DNA from: Plasmodiophora brassicae | Lineage: Eukaryota | Direction: 5' to 3' | NCBI GenBank assembly: GCA_036867785.1 | Contig: CP145416.1 | Location: 558,001 to 622,000 of the forward strand | DNA length: 64,000 nt | Part shown: piece after piece, positions 11,316 through 24,854 of the stretch | How the letters are laid out: the number at the start of each line of letters is the position of its first letter | Numbering within the stretch: the first letter of the stretch is position 1 | Position numbers and translations under genes: made by a program | The notes under the pieces: generated by a model | Told to the model about the DNA's origin: nothing | What the model saw: only the letters and a program-made list of their open reading frames with translations | Database searches by the model: none

Positions 11316-13900
11316 TTACTGCGATTGCTTGACGGATCGACGAGCGGTTCCGATATGGCATGAGTTCACTTTGCTGGCGAACCGCAAACTGCAAAGGCTT
11401 TCGTGGACATTTTCTTCTTCAGGGGAAACGCTGACAAACTGCAGACAGTTAGGAAGAGCCGCAGATTGTCGGATAGCATGGATGGTATCTTACCATCAGG
11501 CATTTAGAATCCCCTCCGAAACAATTTTGAAGAAGATAGGTCAACTTGCTGTTGCGGTATGGGACGTGCTTTGACCTACGAGGGGTCAGCTAAGGAGTAA
11601 TCGGGACTGCTCGCGAAACACACCCATTTGCCAAGGCAGCGATGACATCTCCGAGAGAGCTAGCATTGTTGAACATTCGGTGAGATCGAGCAAAGCCAGA
11701 GCTATTTCGGCCCTACCTGAGACTCTTATTGATCGCCTGGGTCTCCTTGAGAGTGTCGCCTTGGGAGTCGGATTTCTTCAGTCGCTCAGACCCAGCAAGG
11801 TCAACAAGGTTCAGAACGCCAACCGTATCTTGACCGGACACCTGAGAACCGCCGATAAGTTGAAAGTACCAGGGAAGGATAGGGAGCGGCAGTACGGAAT
11901 TGTGCCCATATATGGTCATCTGGAAAATGGAGTGTGATCTGGATGAGCGATCGTTCAACTTGGTTTTCGCAACGGAGCGACGACGAGCAGCCCGTGATAG
12001 CAACGGGAAAACTTCCGCTTCCGACGCAACTGGTTCCACAGCAGCGCCGACAACAGTGGTACTCCCGTCAACGTTATGTTTGATTTTCAGATCAGCATCG
12101 TCAGACGACTCGCCCTCCACGAGGAGATCAACGAGATACTCGTTGTATATCTCGAAAAAGCTCACCGTACATTTGTACGTCCAGTGCCTTTCAGCAAGCT
12201 GGGCAGCACGGGAGAAAATCTGTGAAATAGCCCTTGGTATCATACCACGTTCATCCGTCTGCATCGATGCAGGTGGCCCCTCCATCGTGTAAGTCTTTCC
12301 AGCTGAGGGTCACGTTAAAAACGTCATAGGATTAAGGCGCTCACATAAACCTTACACCCAGTTTGCCCGTACGCAAAGACAACGACCTTGTAGCCATCGA
12401 TGGCACTTGTACACAGCTACAGTCCCGCCAATTGAGGCACGGTCGCACACGCTATCGCGTGCCATACCTGAGAGATTTCCTGCCACACGTCATCTTGCTT
12501 AGAAGCTGGGTTGAAAACGCGGTCGAAAGTAAACACATGTTGACGCCTGGACCAAGCATTACTTGACGGGAGTCAACGTGATGACCGTGAACAACTTTTT
12601 CCAACCTAGACGAGCTCGATCCGTCAAGGGAGACGTCACTTCTTCCCTTGATCTCAATGGTATCCAGATCGGTGAACGAAAGGGACGCAGGGGCTGACCC
12701 GTCGACGGTTGGACGAACCCGACAAAACACCCGAATGTTCCCTTTGAGCTCCTGCACTTGATTATGCAGTTCGCGGCGTCTTGCCTCCGCCTCGTGCGAC
12801 GCCTTGACAAGCTCCTGCAAGAAAAAAGAAATTACGATGCTCGTTTCGGATGAGGGACACAATTTGTACCTCGATACGCTCCTGGTGCTGCTTGCATTCT
12901 GACGTCAACCTAGCAATCGTTCCGGCCTGCGTCTCAGAAACAGATTGTGCCGCCGTAAGCTGCGCCGACTTCATAAACAAGTCCTGCTGGAGGGAGCAGA
13001 CGAGTTCCAGACCGGATGATACTTTCGTGCACAGGCCTTCACATTCCGTTTGAAGCGTCGTGACCTACAGGAGCAGTTTGGATGAGATATCAAGCAAAGC
13101 CTGCACTTGAGGATGCATATACTTTTTCGTTGAGTGCAGCTATTTGCTCGCTGAGCGTCTGCTTGCTGCTCTCCAGGTCGTCAACTTGGCGCTGAAGGGT
13201 CTGCTTGTCTCGAGACAGTTCTTCGTTTGCTGTTATTAGTTGAGCATTAGCTTTCTCCGAATCAACGACCTTTGGCCAGGTAAGACCTCAACAAGTTTCA
13301 CAGAAAATATGTGCTGAACAGACCTGCTGCTTGAGCGACTCGATTTCTGTGGCATGTTCATCGCATGTTGTCGTGAGTTTCTTTATCGTCGAGCGAAGCT
13401 CATTTTCCGTTGCAGCCGCCGCACTGTTCAGATCTTTCAGCTCCCGAATACGTTCCTCGGCTTCCTGAGCTCGTGTATCGGCCCGCGAGACCTGTTCTTG
13501 TGCGCTCTGCACGTCATGCGTCGCATCCTTCAGCTTGGTACGAACTTCGCTTAACTTCTCCCGTAACTTCAAGGTCCGTTAGCAACATTCGATCAGCGCA
13601 CACACACAAATAGTATGGACAACCTCTTGAGGTGTAAGGCGCTTCTTTGGAGCTGCCGAAGCGCTTGGAACTGGCGGTTTCTTAGACGACACAGAATCGT
13701 TACTCGTCTGATCATATGAATTTTGAGCCAATGATCTTGCACAACAACGGACGACGCGGGGCACGGACCTTCAGGCGGGTGTGCCGGTCGAGTTCAATGT
13801 TCTCGTTGCCCGATCGGGGACGCTTTGCTGTCGCCCCACGCGCCGGTCGCTTCTGCATCTCGGCCAGTCTCTCAGCAACCGGCTTCGGCTTCGGCAGCAT
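11316..13900 (-). CDS. Kinesin-14 family C-terminal motor (KIFC1/Kar3-like), multi-exon
   Basis: Coiled coil, neck [25 protein letters not shown]-loop [36 protein letters not shown] and VPYRNSKLT. Confidence 0.95.
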
Positions 13901-14097
13901 CCGCCTGCTCTCCAGCAACGTCCGCCGGTGTTTGACGGCGCCCCCTGACTCTGAGATGAGTAGGTAGTCCTCCCAAAAAAGCGATTCGAAACGCGCTTCC
14001 CGCGATCGCATCTTTTTGGTCAGGTCGCGGGTTTCGTCGATAGTGCAGAATTCATTTCTCGAACGTGGTGCAGTTGCAGCCCAGACCAACGACAGCG

Positions 14098-17000
14098 ATG
14101 CGGGCATCGCCCTATGTCTGGCACCGGCGCACGCATCGTGGGAGCATTGCGCGCATCGCCCGAGAATCGTATCTGCGGCCCGGCCTTGTCGGGGAATCCG
14201 TCGCGACGCAGATCACGGCTGTGTCGTGCACACATGCCGTCCTGTTCGGTGTGTATCGCCATGCCGGACTGTGAGACGTCCGGACGTTGACACCGTGTCT
14301 TGTTGGCACAGATCCCGCATCGTTATTGTCTGCGCTCACAGCGCTGGATGATCTTGGGCGCTGGCCTGATCCGCCTGCCGTGCTTCTGTGCCGGAGCGTT
14401 GTCGAAAGTCTCGCCGTTCTTGGTGATGGCGTGCAATGGGCGCGTGCACGTCGCCTGTGGATGAAGGCTATCGAATCGTCCGAATGTCGGTTCATTGCCA
14501 TCGAGAACGTGTTTGACAGCCTCGTCTGGCGCCAACGTCGTCCCGGCCAGTCTCAAGCCGATTCGACGCGAGAGAACATTGAATCTGTTCGCGTTATGCT
14601 CGAACGTCTTGTTCCGGACATACCAGTTATCATCGTCGACGATATCGCTGCTTACCTTTCAGAATGGCAGCACGATGACGAAATGGTGCGCTCAGCATTG
14701 GTCGCTGTGCAGTCGTCGCAAATTCGTCCAACAAGGGCCGACCTATTCCCTGAACATTGGTCCCTGGATCGGATGACAGCTGCTCTCGCCAAGGGGGCCG
14801 CCCTCCGGGGCCGCGTGAAAGTTTCGCGAAACCGACGTGATTGCATTGTGCACACAAACCGCGGTGGCGTCATGGTTTCCCATGCAAAGATGAACCGCGC
14901 AATGGACGGGGACGTTGTCGTGGTTGAACTGGCTGACTCAACGGACGACCCTATAGCCGACGTTGTGGACGAATCCGTTGATGATGAAGAATTCAGTGAA
15001 GAAGAAGAAGGACGCAGTAGCGAAGCTGAAGACGAAGATGTGGTGTCTCCAGTCGGCGTCGTCGGCCAAGGACGCGTCGTCGGGATATGGTCGAGGTCGT
15101 GGCGACCTTACGTCGGATCCGTCAAACCAGAGAACGAGGATGAGCGTCGCGTCTTATTCATTCCGATGAATCGCAAGATCCCTCAGATAAGGATTTTCTC
15201 TCGCCGCCCTGCAGAACTCATCGGTCAACGACTAATAGTCATGGTGGACGCGTGGGACCGTAGCTCACGATTTCCCACCGGCCACGTCGTCAGATACCTT
15301 GGAACGGTAACTCTTACTACAATGGCACTTGCACAAGTGTCCTAAGGTTTGTCTACAGAGTGGCGACGTCGACGTGGAAACGATGGCGATTCTGAACGAG
15401 CACGGAATTGAGCAAGAGCCTTACGTTGCTGAACAATGGAAAGATGAGCTTCCTTCTGCCCACGAATGGCACGTCACTGCAGATGACGAACGGGAACGCC
15501 GTGATCTTCGACAGTCGCATGTTATTTGCAGTATCGATCCGCCCGGCTGCGTTGACATTGATGATGCTCTTTCAGTTCGAATGCTACCTGGTGGACGAAC
15601 TGAATTTGGCGTTCATATTGCCGACGTTTCTGCCTTTGTCAAACCTGACTCCAGACTTGATCTCGAGGCTCGGCGTCGTTCTACGACAGTCTACCTTGTT
15701 GACAGGCGGATCAACATGCTACCGGAGGTGCTGAGTGAGAACCTGTGTTCCTTGCACGCCGGAGTGGACCGATTGGCGGTTTCGGTTCTATGGTACTCGA
15801 AGACTGTTTCGTTTTGTGCGCTTAATTGTTGACGGCATGCATGTTTCTCAGGATTATGAACTCTGATGGAACCGTTGAGTCTAACCCCTGGTTCGGAAGG
15901 ACTATCATCCGTTCCCGGTACGCCCTTTCGTACGCTGAAGCGCAGAGCATCGTCGATGGAAAACCTCTCCCGGAAGCACGGAAATCGGGACAGACTGAAA
16001 TGCTCGAACCTTTGAAAGCCTTGCTTGGTTTCGGTCGCAGGCTCCGCGCAGATCGCATGCGAGCGGGCGCACTTGAAATCGAAAGCTTTGAGGTTCGTTA
16101 CGACGTCAAGGCTGAGCGTTCTGACATAGCTCTGGAAGGACCGGAAGATCTCGAGTTCCACGAGATTGTGGCCGAGTTTATGATCGCAGCCAATAGTGCA
16201 GTCGCAGAGCACATTTGGGAGGCATTTCCTGGCCATGCGTTGCTTCGTGTTCATCGATCACCTGACGAGGAGAGGTTCAATGACCTGCAACGGCTTGTAG
16301 CAGCGGCCGGCGGGCATCTGGACCCTTCTTCAAACAAGTCGGTCGCGGAGTCGTTGCATCAACTGGCGTCTCGCAGACGTGATGATCCCATTGTTGCCAA
16401 GATTGTCAAGTCATTAACTGCGAGAGTTCTGACCGAAGCACAGTACTGCTGCGCGGCAGGGATGTCCCGAGAGGATTTCCGTCACTATGGCCTCGCTGTA
16501 GACTTCTACACTGTAAGAGGGCGGCCTTTAACCTTGTGTCACTACTGACCGCCATATGTTCGTTAGCATTTTACGTCACCTATTCGTCGATATGCAGATA
16601 TTATCGTTCATCGGTTGTTGCTTGATTCCCTTTCCCAGAATAACAGCCGTACCTGCTTGATGGAGCCATCTGTGTTGGTGCCCCTTTGTGAGCATATTAA
16701 CGAGCGCAACCGCTCGGCGAAGCTTGCTCAGCGAGATTCGGCTGATCTATTCTGGTCGTTGTTCATCACACGACGTGGTTGTGTCGTGTCTGAAGCCATT
16801 GTCATCGGATTTACGACAATGGGGCTGAACGTGTTCATTCCAGAATTCTTCCGCAAGGCTTCTGTCGCCGTCATTGACCGGGAGGGCCACGCACGGATTG
16901 CACTGTTATCATTACCTACGTCGCCGCCACCTGTTTGCACAATTGACCTGACTCCGAATCAAAACAGCGTTGAGCTCGGCGTCGGTAATCACCGCTGCAT

Positions 17001-17376
17001 CGTACGGCTGTTCGACAGAGTCGAAGTGCAGATCGCACCGGTGACGCTCGTCTCGCGTATTGCAACTCCTCGAATCGAACTTGTCTGGAGACTCGGGGAA
17101 GGCCAATGTACGCCGGTTGTGACCAAACCGGTCAACCGTTCTGTGGGCACACCAAGAGTCGACGTTTATCAAGAGCCGGTTCGCAGACGTGAGCCGCGAC
17201 AAGCGAAGCCACGCCCAACACTGCATGACCTTATCCAACAGTTCGAGCAGGGTCTCACTACCGCAGAGACATCCGGGCCGCCAGAAGACCGCCAGATCGT
17301 ACCTCCAGTCGCGCGATGCGGGAATCGTATGCGATGGCAATCTCCCGTTGCTGTGAAACCACCAGTTCCATCATAG
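14098..17376 (+). CDS. DIS3L: DIS3-like exoribonuclease (DIS3L1-type RNB protein), multi-exon
   Basis: ARESYLR N-terminus, NRAMDGDVVVVE, SIDPPGCVDIDDALS, GVHIADVS and HFTSPIRRYADIIVHRLL. Confidence 0.88.
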
Positions 17377-17462
17377 ATATGTGCAGGAGGCTGCGGTAAA
17401 CGGACGACGACAGATTTTTCTCCATACCCGGCGAGCTTTATCATCCGAGCAGGCAGTCAGGG

Positions 17463-18330
17463 CTACAGTGAGTCGATCGACTCAGCGTCGCCGTACTGAA
17501 CGTCCGAGATTGCCGTGAGAGTGATGGCAACCGCTGCGGGGTAATCGCCCTTCTCCGACTTGATCATGCGCTTCGCGGTCACCGTCGGTTCCACCTTCTT
17601 GCGCAGGGGAATGCGCACTTGAAATACTTCCGGCTCCTTCCCTTCGAAGTACTGGCGAATTGCTGTGCTTTCCTCACACTGCAGAATCGACTCTTTCATC
17701 TCAGGTCGGATGTAGTATTCCGGCCCCACATTATTTTGCGTGTAGGTGACGATAAGCGTGCGGCCATTGGGGTCGATTCCAACGTCAGTGCTGTGATTTG
17801 CGACCATCGACACGAATATGGTGGCACGCGAACCCGATCGCCACCATACGACTTCGAATAGCCTGAGGTCGGATTCGAATCCTTCACTCCGGGCACGCTT
17901 GGGTGTATTGCCACACGACTCTGCTTCGACCTTGACATCTCGCTGCCGCGTGGCGCCTTTCCCCAGGATCAACGGGCCATCGTTGTCTTCGGATTCACCA
18001 GATTGCTTGCAGAGGTCGAGCTTCCCTCCAGCAATCACATCATGAGCGGAATCTGCAATCAACACATTTGTTAAAGAGGGTCGCTCTGAGTAACCGTTGA
18101 GCACACGACAACGTACCGTTGTTCAACGACCTCTTTCGGTAATCCCGAATTTTTCTCCCAACGAGGCTGCAGTCAAGCAGCGCAAACAGCACATTGTGCT
18201 TCTTCACCATTGAACCCGTAACCTTGATACCCTTGATGCCGTCACCGAGCTCTGCTAACGCCTTAGGCAATTCCTGGTCATGCCATCGTGTCCAGACGGA
18301 AATGAGATTGTTCTTCTTCGTCGGCGCCAT
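17463..18330 (-). CDS. Unknown protein (~267 aa, 2 exons) with Myb/SANT-like N-terminus and beta-rich C-terminal domain
   Basis: ORFs 18040..18330 and 17463..18104 join in frame through a GT-AG intron at 18053-18116 (..LNN D SAHDV..). A neighbouring paralog differing largely at synonymous sites supports coding status. Confidence 0.7.
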
Positions 18331-18573
18331 ACCCGGCTGATCGAGAATGACGACGCCACTATCGGACTGATCCCTCCCCGTCCTCCCGACGCGCCGATAC
18401 CCACCCTGCAGCTATACTCTGTCCGAGCCTTAAATCAGGCCCAAATTCAAACTCAGCGCCCAGGCCCCCTTTTTTTGATGTGACAACGCGGCTCCCTGAC
18501 GACGTTTAGCTGTTTTGACAGATGATTTCCACAGAATGTAATGCGGACGACCTTTTAATCCGGGCAGTTGGGA

Positions 18574-18885
18574 CTACAGCGAATCAATCGACCCAGCGTC
18601 GGCGTACTGGGCATCCGAGAGATATTGCCGTCAGCGTGATGGCAACCGCCGCCGGATAATCTCCTTTTTCTGACTTGATCTGGCGCTTGGCAGTCACTGT
18701 CGGTTCCACCTTCTTGCGCAGAGGAATGCGTACTTGAAAGACCTCTGGTTCCTTTTCCTTCAACGTATTTGCAGGATCGCCTTGCTTTCGTCGCCTTGCA
18801 GAATCGACTCCTTCATTTCCGGGAGGATGTAATACTCGGGGTCGACATTCTTTTGAGTGTACGTAACAATCAGCATGCGGCCACA
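18574..18885 (-). pseudogene. 5'-truncated, frameshifted paralog of the 17463-18330 gene
   Basis: Encodes GRMLIVTYTQKNVDPEYYILPEMKESILQ and EPEVFQVRIPLRKKVEPTVTAKRQIKSEKGDYPAAVAITLTAIS in different frames; small insertions near 18650 and 18760. Confidence 0.85.
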
Positions 18886-19138
18886 CTGGGGAGTATGGCT
18901 ATTTAAACAGTACATATGTACATGGGTCGATGCAGTGTAAGACATGCGACGCTTGATCACGGTTCATTCTTCAGAAATAACGGCAGTGATACGACGGCAG
19001 CGATACGGCGGCCGCTGGTGGTGTCCGTTTGGTCTTGTGCGCCGTACTTTAGATTGTAATCCTATGTGCACCGCAGCGACGGTACATGACAGCACGACTA
19101 CCTACCGAGCGTATACGACAGGGCACATCCGAAACAGT

Positions 19139-20409
19139 TTATTCCTCGACCACAGGGATATAGTAAGTGATGGAACCAAGCTTGTCACTAAGGTGCAGAT
19201 ACACAACGAAGTGGTCGTCCGCGAAACCTGCAAGGATGTCACCAACGAATCGTGCTGTCAGGGTGCGCTAGGTATACATCCGGCGACAACAGCGGCGGCG
19301 AGGCTGTGGCATGCCAGCATCCTAGCTGCGACAAAGAAGATCAGCGTTAAGCGCCGACATTCGAGGTGTGGAAACGGACCGAAACTTTTGACGGGAACCG
19401 TGCACGACGCTGAGCCAGTCTCGGCGATCTGCGAGCCTTCTGGTAAACGAAAGACCGTCAGCATGGGAGGGCTAGCAGAGGCAGGCGTTCAGCTGACCGC
19501 GATTCCTCAACTTCAAGTCCCGGTACATTGTCCTGATTTCAGCCATGTCGTTCCGTACAGAGAAGACCTATGCACATACGTACGCGGTCACGGCCGAGGC
19601 CCAGAACGGTAGAGGTGCCCACCTACCGCCTGCCCGTCGGTGCTGGCCATGATCGTCAGCTTGTCTTCGATCTGCACCACGCATCAGAGGCCAGCACCTT
19701 ATCATGCTTCCAGTGTGCTGGAACGGACCGATTTCATTCTGTCGATTATCCTCGAGAGGATGCGCAAATTCGGCATCTTTATCTTGACGTCGGGCGACTC
19801 GACACGAGGTTCCTCGAAATCCTTACGAACGCAAAGCAATGTGCGGGTGACGATCCATCCAGCGCAAACCCGGTTCGCATACCTTAATTCTGCTGGCCAC
19901 CTGTAGCTGGACGGGAACGCCTTGTCGCAGACCCGCATCATCCCTCTCCTACGAGTGGCCCACTGTTGGACGCCGCGTCCGACCTGCTCAGGGCTGCTAA
20001 CCTTCCTGATCTCGAACGTGAGGAACGCGTGGTTATTCTTCTCCTCGAGCACGACGTAGGTCTCCAGTGCCCCTTGCGACGACCGCAGCGCACGGATCAG
20101 GTTGGAGATGTTGACGATCAGCGGGATCACTGTCGCCCATGTGAGCACGCGGCATCGGAGGCCGGCAACGCCACCCCGACAGTTATTGTTGTCCGACTCG
20201 ATGACGTAGTCGGAGAACATGGCCGACGTATTGAACGTCACAAACGCGCGCTCGCGTTCGTGGGCGGCCATCCCCTCCGCCACCAACCCGATCGACCAGC
20301 AGGCCGGCGCCATGCACAGGAACCACGATGGCCCCAGCTTCTCCACGGTGGCCAGCACGTTCGCCATCGTGGTCGGGTCGTTGACGTGCGCTGCGAACCG
20401 GATCGTCAT
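19139..20409 (-). CDS. HUS1: Checkpoint clamp protein HUS1 (9-1-1 complex), multi-exon
   Basis: MTIRFAAHV, FSDYVIESDNNN, NLIRALRSS, AFLTFEI and PDVKIKMPNLRILSRIIDRMK, typical of Hus1/Mec3. Confidence 0.75.
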
Positions 20410-20523
20410 CCTTTTCCGGCGTTGCGCTCTCGCGCAGGCGCCAATAGGTATGCCTACCATGCCTACCAGCAATGCACGCACGACATCATCAAGGTTCCAT
20501 AAACCAGCCCGTGCCGCGGTCGT

Positions 20524-23500
20524 TCATTTCGTTCTGGATTTCTTCGGCTTCGACGTCGAGCTCTTCGCGGGTGCATTGCGTTTCGTGGCGGCCTTCGCTG
20601 GCGCTTTCCGCTTGGGTGCCGCCGCTTTCGCAGGCTTGCTCGCCTGTCCGTTCTCTTCGGCGTCGTCGTCGTCATAAACAGCGGCGTCGTCATCTTCCAC
20701 GTCGCCAGTCAGGCGTTCGTCGGCTTCGATCGGGACGCGTTTCTGCTTCTTGATGGCGTCTGCGTCGACGGTGGACCGCACGCCGAATCGGCGAGTGAAC
20801 GCAGCCTTGACTTTGGAATCGATGGCGACCTTCGCGCTGAATGCGCCGCCGATGTCAGTGATGGTGTCCAGGTCGGGTCGGGTGAGCCCGTAGTAATTCA
20901 TCGCATCGATGACGTGATCGATCGCACCGGCGCCCTGTTGCGATAGGGGTTCCTGGAGGCGGCGGCGAAGTGCTGGTAGGTAGTCCATGACGACAGCGCC
21001 GCCAGTACCGCCATTCGTCGCACCGGACATGTGTGCACGAAGCTCGTCAAGGAGACGAAGATTCTTGCTTCTTGTCGAATTCTTTCCAAGCCATTGAGGG
21101 AACTCGACCATTCCTGATCAGGCGAATGAGCACAGAGCGACGGGGCCTACGTAATACGCCAGGGGGCCTACCGCTAAGACGTCCAGAGACGCAGAATGCT
21201 GGAGCGACGCAGGAAAGGACAGCGTGTGCCGGCATCATTGACCAGGATTGAGTGCTGCGAATTCGGGATCCGATGAGGTCCCCATCGGATATATACGACG
21301 AAGCGTGCGCGAAATGTTCAAGGTAAATCAGCTATGAGTACAGCAGCGTCACGGCGACGCTTGACAGGCTGGCGACAGAGCGCGCGCCTACCTCTCGTTC
21401 GGATTCCGGGCGCGACATTTCAGAGGGCGATAGTTGAGGCATTGCACTAACATAGCTGTGCTGGACCATGAGCGGCACAAGGCTGCTGTCGACGAAATAC
21501 ACGTCCATGCGGTCGGATAGCCAATCCTGTACATGATCAGATGCGGCGCATCGTTACACGCCCAGAATGAGATTCGATACCGATTTCGCATTGGCGACCG
21601 GACGGAACAGTTCAGGCACGCGCTCGAATGGAGAGGAGTCGAAGTCCTTCAACTCAGCATGCTGTGCGTCGTCGAACGAGACGGAACTAGACCTGCAGCA
21701 GATACCTGGGTCACGGTCTACCTATGTGACAGGGCGCCCAACACACCGAGTGCGGAACAGCTGAAGAGTGTTGAGCATCTGGCGTATGTCCCCGTGTGAA
21801 AGCTCGCTAATCTTGTGGAGTGTCGGGGCGTCGATGTTGAGACCTGGCACATCGCGGTGCTCAGTGCCGGATTGCTGGCGGGATAGTCCCTTGTTACATA
21901 CCCTCGGCTTTCGCAATGGCTCGCAGACGCCCTTCAACTTGGGTTGCGGTTGGTCTAGTTTACACGGCCTCAAACAGGGCACCACATAGCATGAATGTAG
22001 GGACGTCACCTGCGGAACCTCAAGTCCAAACAGTAATTCGCAAGCGTCCGCACTTTAGGACTGGCGCGATCATTGCAAACGCAAATGATTGGGATCTGCA
22101 CAGTACACTGATTAGGCAGCATCCATAGTTGCTCGGCCTGCATGCCTTTGTGGTCTTGATAAACGCGTACAGCTCTTGCATTCCTCCACGGTCACCACCT
22201 GACATGCCGTCAACCTCGTCCATCACGAGCACCGACTGGACCCAACGTGCGAATCAAACGACGGCCAAGCGCAGGAATACAAGGCCGAACCTTCTTGAGA
22301 TCAGATACATTCTTTCGATCCGTCATGAAATATTCGCTGATCGAATGCGTTTGAAACAACTACACACATGATATGTTAAAGACGTGGGCGCGTACATATT
22401 GTCTCTATAGCACAAACCTCTTTGACGTGTTCTTCGAGAGCCCGCCTAGACCGGGTCGTGCTGGCGTTCAGTTCGATAACGCGAAAGCCCGCCTCTTGGG
22501 CGCATATTGATGCTGCCGAGGACTTTCCGATCCCAGGCGGGCCACTTAGTAGCACGGCACGTTTACCACCTTCCGTGTGTGGCCTAAGCAGTGATCAGCA
22601 GGTCGCCGATGTGTGGACGGACGTCCTGGCAGCGACCAACCAGTGAGTAAGGAACTTCTTCAGCTGCTGGATTGCGCCAGGGTTGGCACAAAGGTCGGAG
22701 GATTTGACAGGCTTGTACTTATCCACCCACATAAGCGAGCTAGAGGCAGTTGGTGTTGACAGTTTCACGTTCGTTTGTTTCTTCATCTGCCGAGCCGAAA
22801 TCAGAACCGCCATACGACTGCTATCGACGAGGTGAGCACATCACCGGCTCGGATTGCGCTTTGCCAGTCGCTATCATGGCAAATAGGGCATCCTCATCGA
22901 TGATGGCGATATTTCGTTCTGTGGCACCCGCCAGTTTCTTTTCGCTGCGAGACGTTGAATCAGCCGTGGCAATTCTGAGAGCAACGCGGTCGTACCCGGG
23001 CTCGGTGCCGGTAAGAAGATGCGTTGTACGGCCCGATACTTGTGTGGTCACCATCCTGTTTCATAGAGCATGTTACAACGGGACGCTCCAATCACGATGC
23101 AGCGAATGCTTACCCTCCGTATCGTTTGATCAAATCCTGGCACTCGTCCCTCTCCAGGGTAGGCAGCGTACCCGAAATAACCTATCGAGCATTTAGCAGT
23201 CTATGACTACAAGACGCGATGGAAGGTACAAATCGTTTCCCGGCAAGACAGTTTGGCTGGCCCTACAAGTTCGGCATCACCCTTATCAGCAATCGAAACG
23301 AAGATATGGCTTTCGAAACATGCCTTAGGAATTGGCTTGGCGGATCGCTTTGACCCATATTGATCGTCATTCGGGCGATCGGTACTTGCTGGTGGGTCTT
23401 GCTTGGGCACGGATAGAGCGGGTTCGATGCCTTCACCCGCGTCTACTGTGCGTTCGCCTTTCTGGCGCGATGACTTTGGTTCGACGTGTGAAACTGCCGG

Positions 23501-24661
23501 CGACGCCATTGTGGCGAGGGCTTGACGTTCAATCCGTTCCGAAGGAGCACTCAACTCCGAAGGCCCCTGTTCTGATTCAACTGCAACATCTGTCTGAAGC
23601 GGCTGCTGACCTGCACCTCGAGCCGTTTCGGAACCAGGCTTCAGATCACCAGACCCTGACGATCCACTGGAAGCAGCGCTGCTTGATTGCAGAGCACGGG
23701 CGTGGACGTCATTGTCGATGGCTTCAGTGTTCGTGACAGGAACAGAGGAAGAGGTTTCGATCACCGGTTGCGACGCGTCACGGATGGCAGCCTCGGCCCT
23801 GCCATCGTGAATAGATTAGCATGACCGACGTACTGCTACAGCACTGCGTTGCAAACCGACTTCTTCATCGTTATCTTCTTGTTCGAAAAGAAGTCATCAG
23901 CGGTGATTTTCGTTTTCGGCCCTCCTGCACACCTGGTGACTCTCCGTTCTAACGCAATGGTGGACGCGTGCCGACTGACCTGCAGGATCAGTGCCGCTGA
24001 GGAAATACTTCGACTTCTTTGGCGCTGTTGCCGAGGATGGCGTTTGCGACGCTTCTTTCGCGAACGCTTCCTGGATGGTCTGATCACGTTGTATCCGTTG
24101 ACAGGCAAGTTTCGATATCGAAGACGGCTCCAGGTCGTGATCCGTGTCCTTTTCGTCGTCACTCACATTGATGACGCGACGCCGCGTGCTTCCCTTCTTC
24201 TTCACAACGCGATCGTCGTCGTCATCGCTGTCCTCATTCGGCGACTCGAAATCACCTCCGCTGCTGTGGTATCGCTCTTCATCATCACGATTCTTCCGCG
24301 ACCGCTTCGACGACGTCGCCGGCGTGCGAGACTGACGAGATTTCGCGCCAGCACCTTTCTTAACCACAGCCTTGCCCTTCTTTTCGGGCACAGCAACCTT
24401 GCCCGTCTTCTTCTTCTTCGGTCCTGTCGACTTCTTCCCTGCGGGCTTCTTCTCGTCGTCTGCAACAGCAGGCGGACCTGTCGGCGTCTTCATCGGGGTC
24501 GACGTTTCGTCTCCCGGGGCCGCAGGTGGCACATCCACTGCGGACGCAGGCGATGTCACCGCCGCCGTCGCCGATCCCACAGCGGCCTCTCCCCGATCCT
24601 TGGCCACCTGGGCCGGCGACGGCTTCTTGGAGAAGAACGAAAGCAAGCTGGTCTTCGCCAT
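20524..24661 (-). CDS. RFC1: Replication factor C large subunit, multi-exon
   Basis: Charged N-terminus, BRCT (VTTQVSGRTTHLL..IIDEDAL), LMWVDKYKP, LLSGPPGIGKSS, MDEVDGMSGGDRGG and C-terminal FPQWLGKNST / KVKAAFTR. Confidence 0.95.
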
Positions 24662-24854
24662 CGCGCGCAATGCCACGCGGTTCCAATTTGCCTCCCCGGT
24701 ACCGCTCCTGCAAGCGCCTGCACATGTGCCATCGTCATCGATCCAGGTCCCCGTTCCCGGACGGAGGCACACTGCATCGACGGTCGTGACACCTGGAGAC
24801 ACCTTGAGACCACAAACTTATGAATAGCAGCGGTAGCATCGAATTATGCGTCGT

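Noticed and set aside
10680-11574. 181-aa and 258-aa + strand ORFs
   Set aside because: Antisense to RPS13 and to the kinesin 3' end.
18944-19612. 222-aa + strand ORF
   Set aside because: Antisense to HUS1 3' exons, with no protein-like features.
23849-24827. 324-aa and 151-aa + strand ORFs
   Set aside because: Antisense to the low-complexity RFC1 N-terminus.
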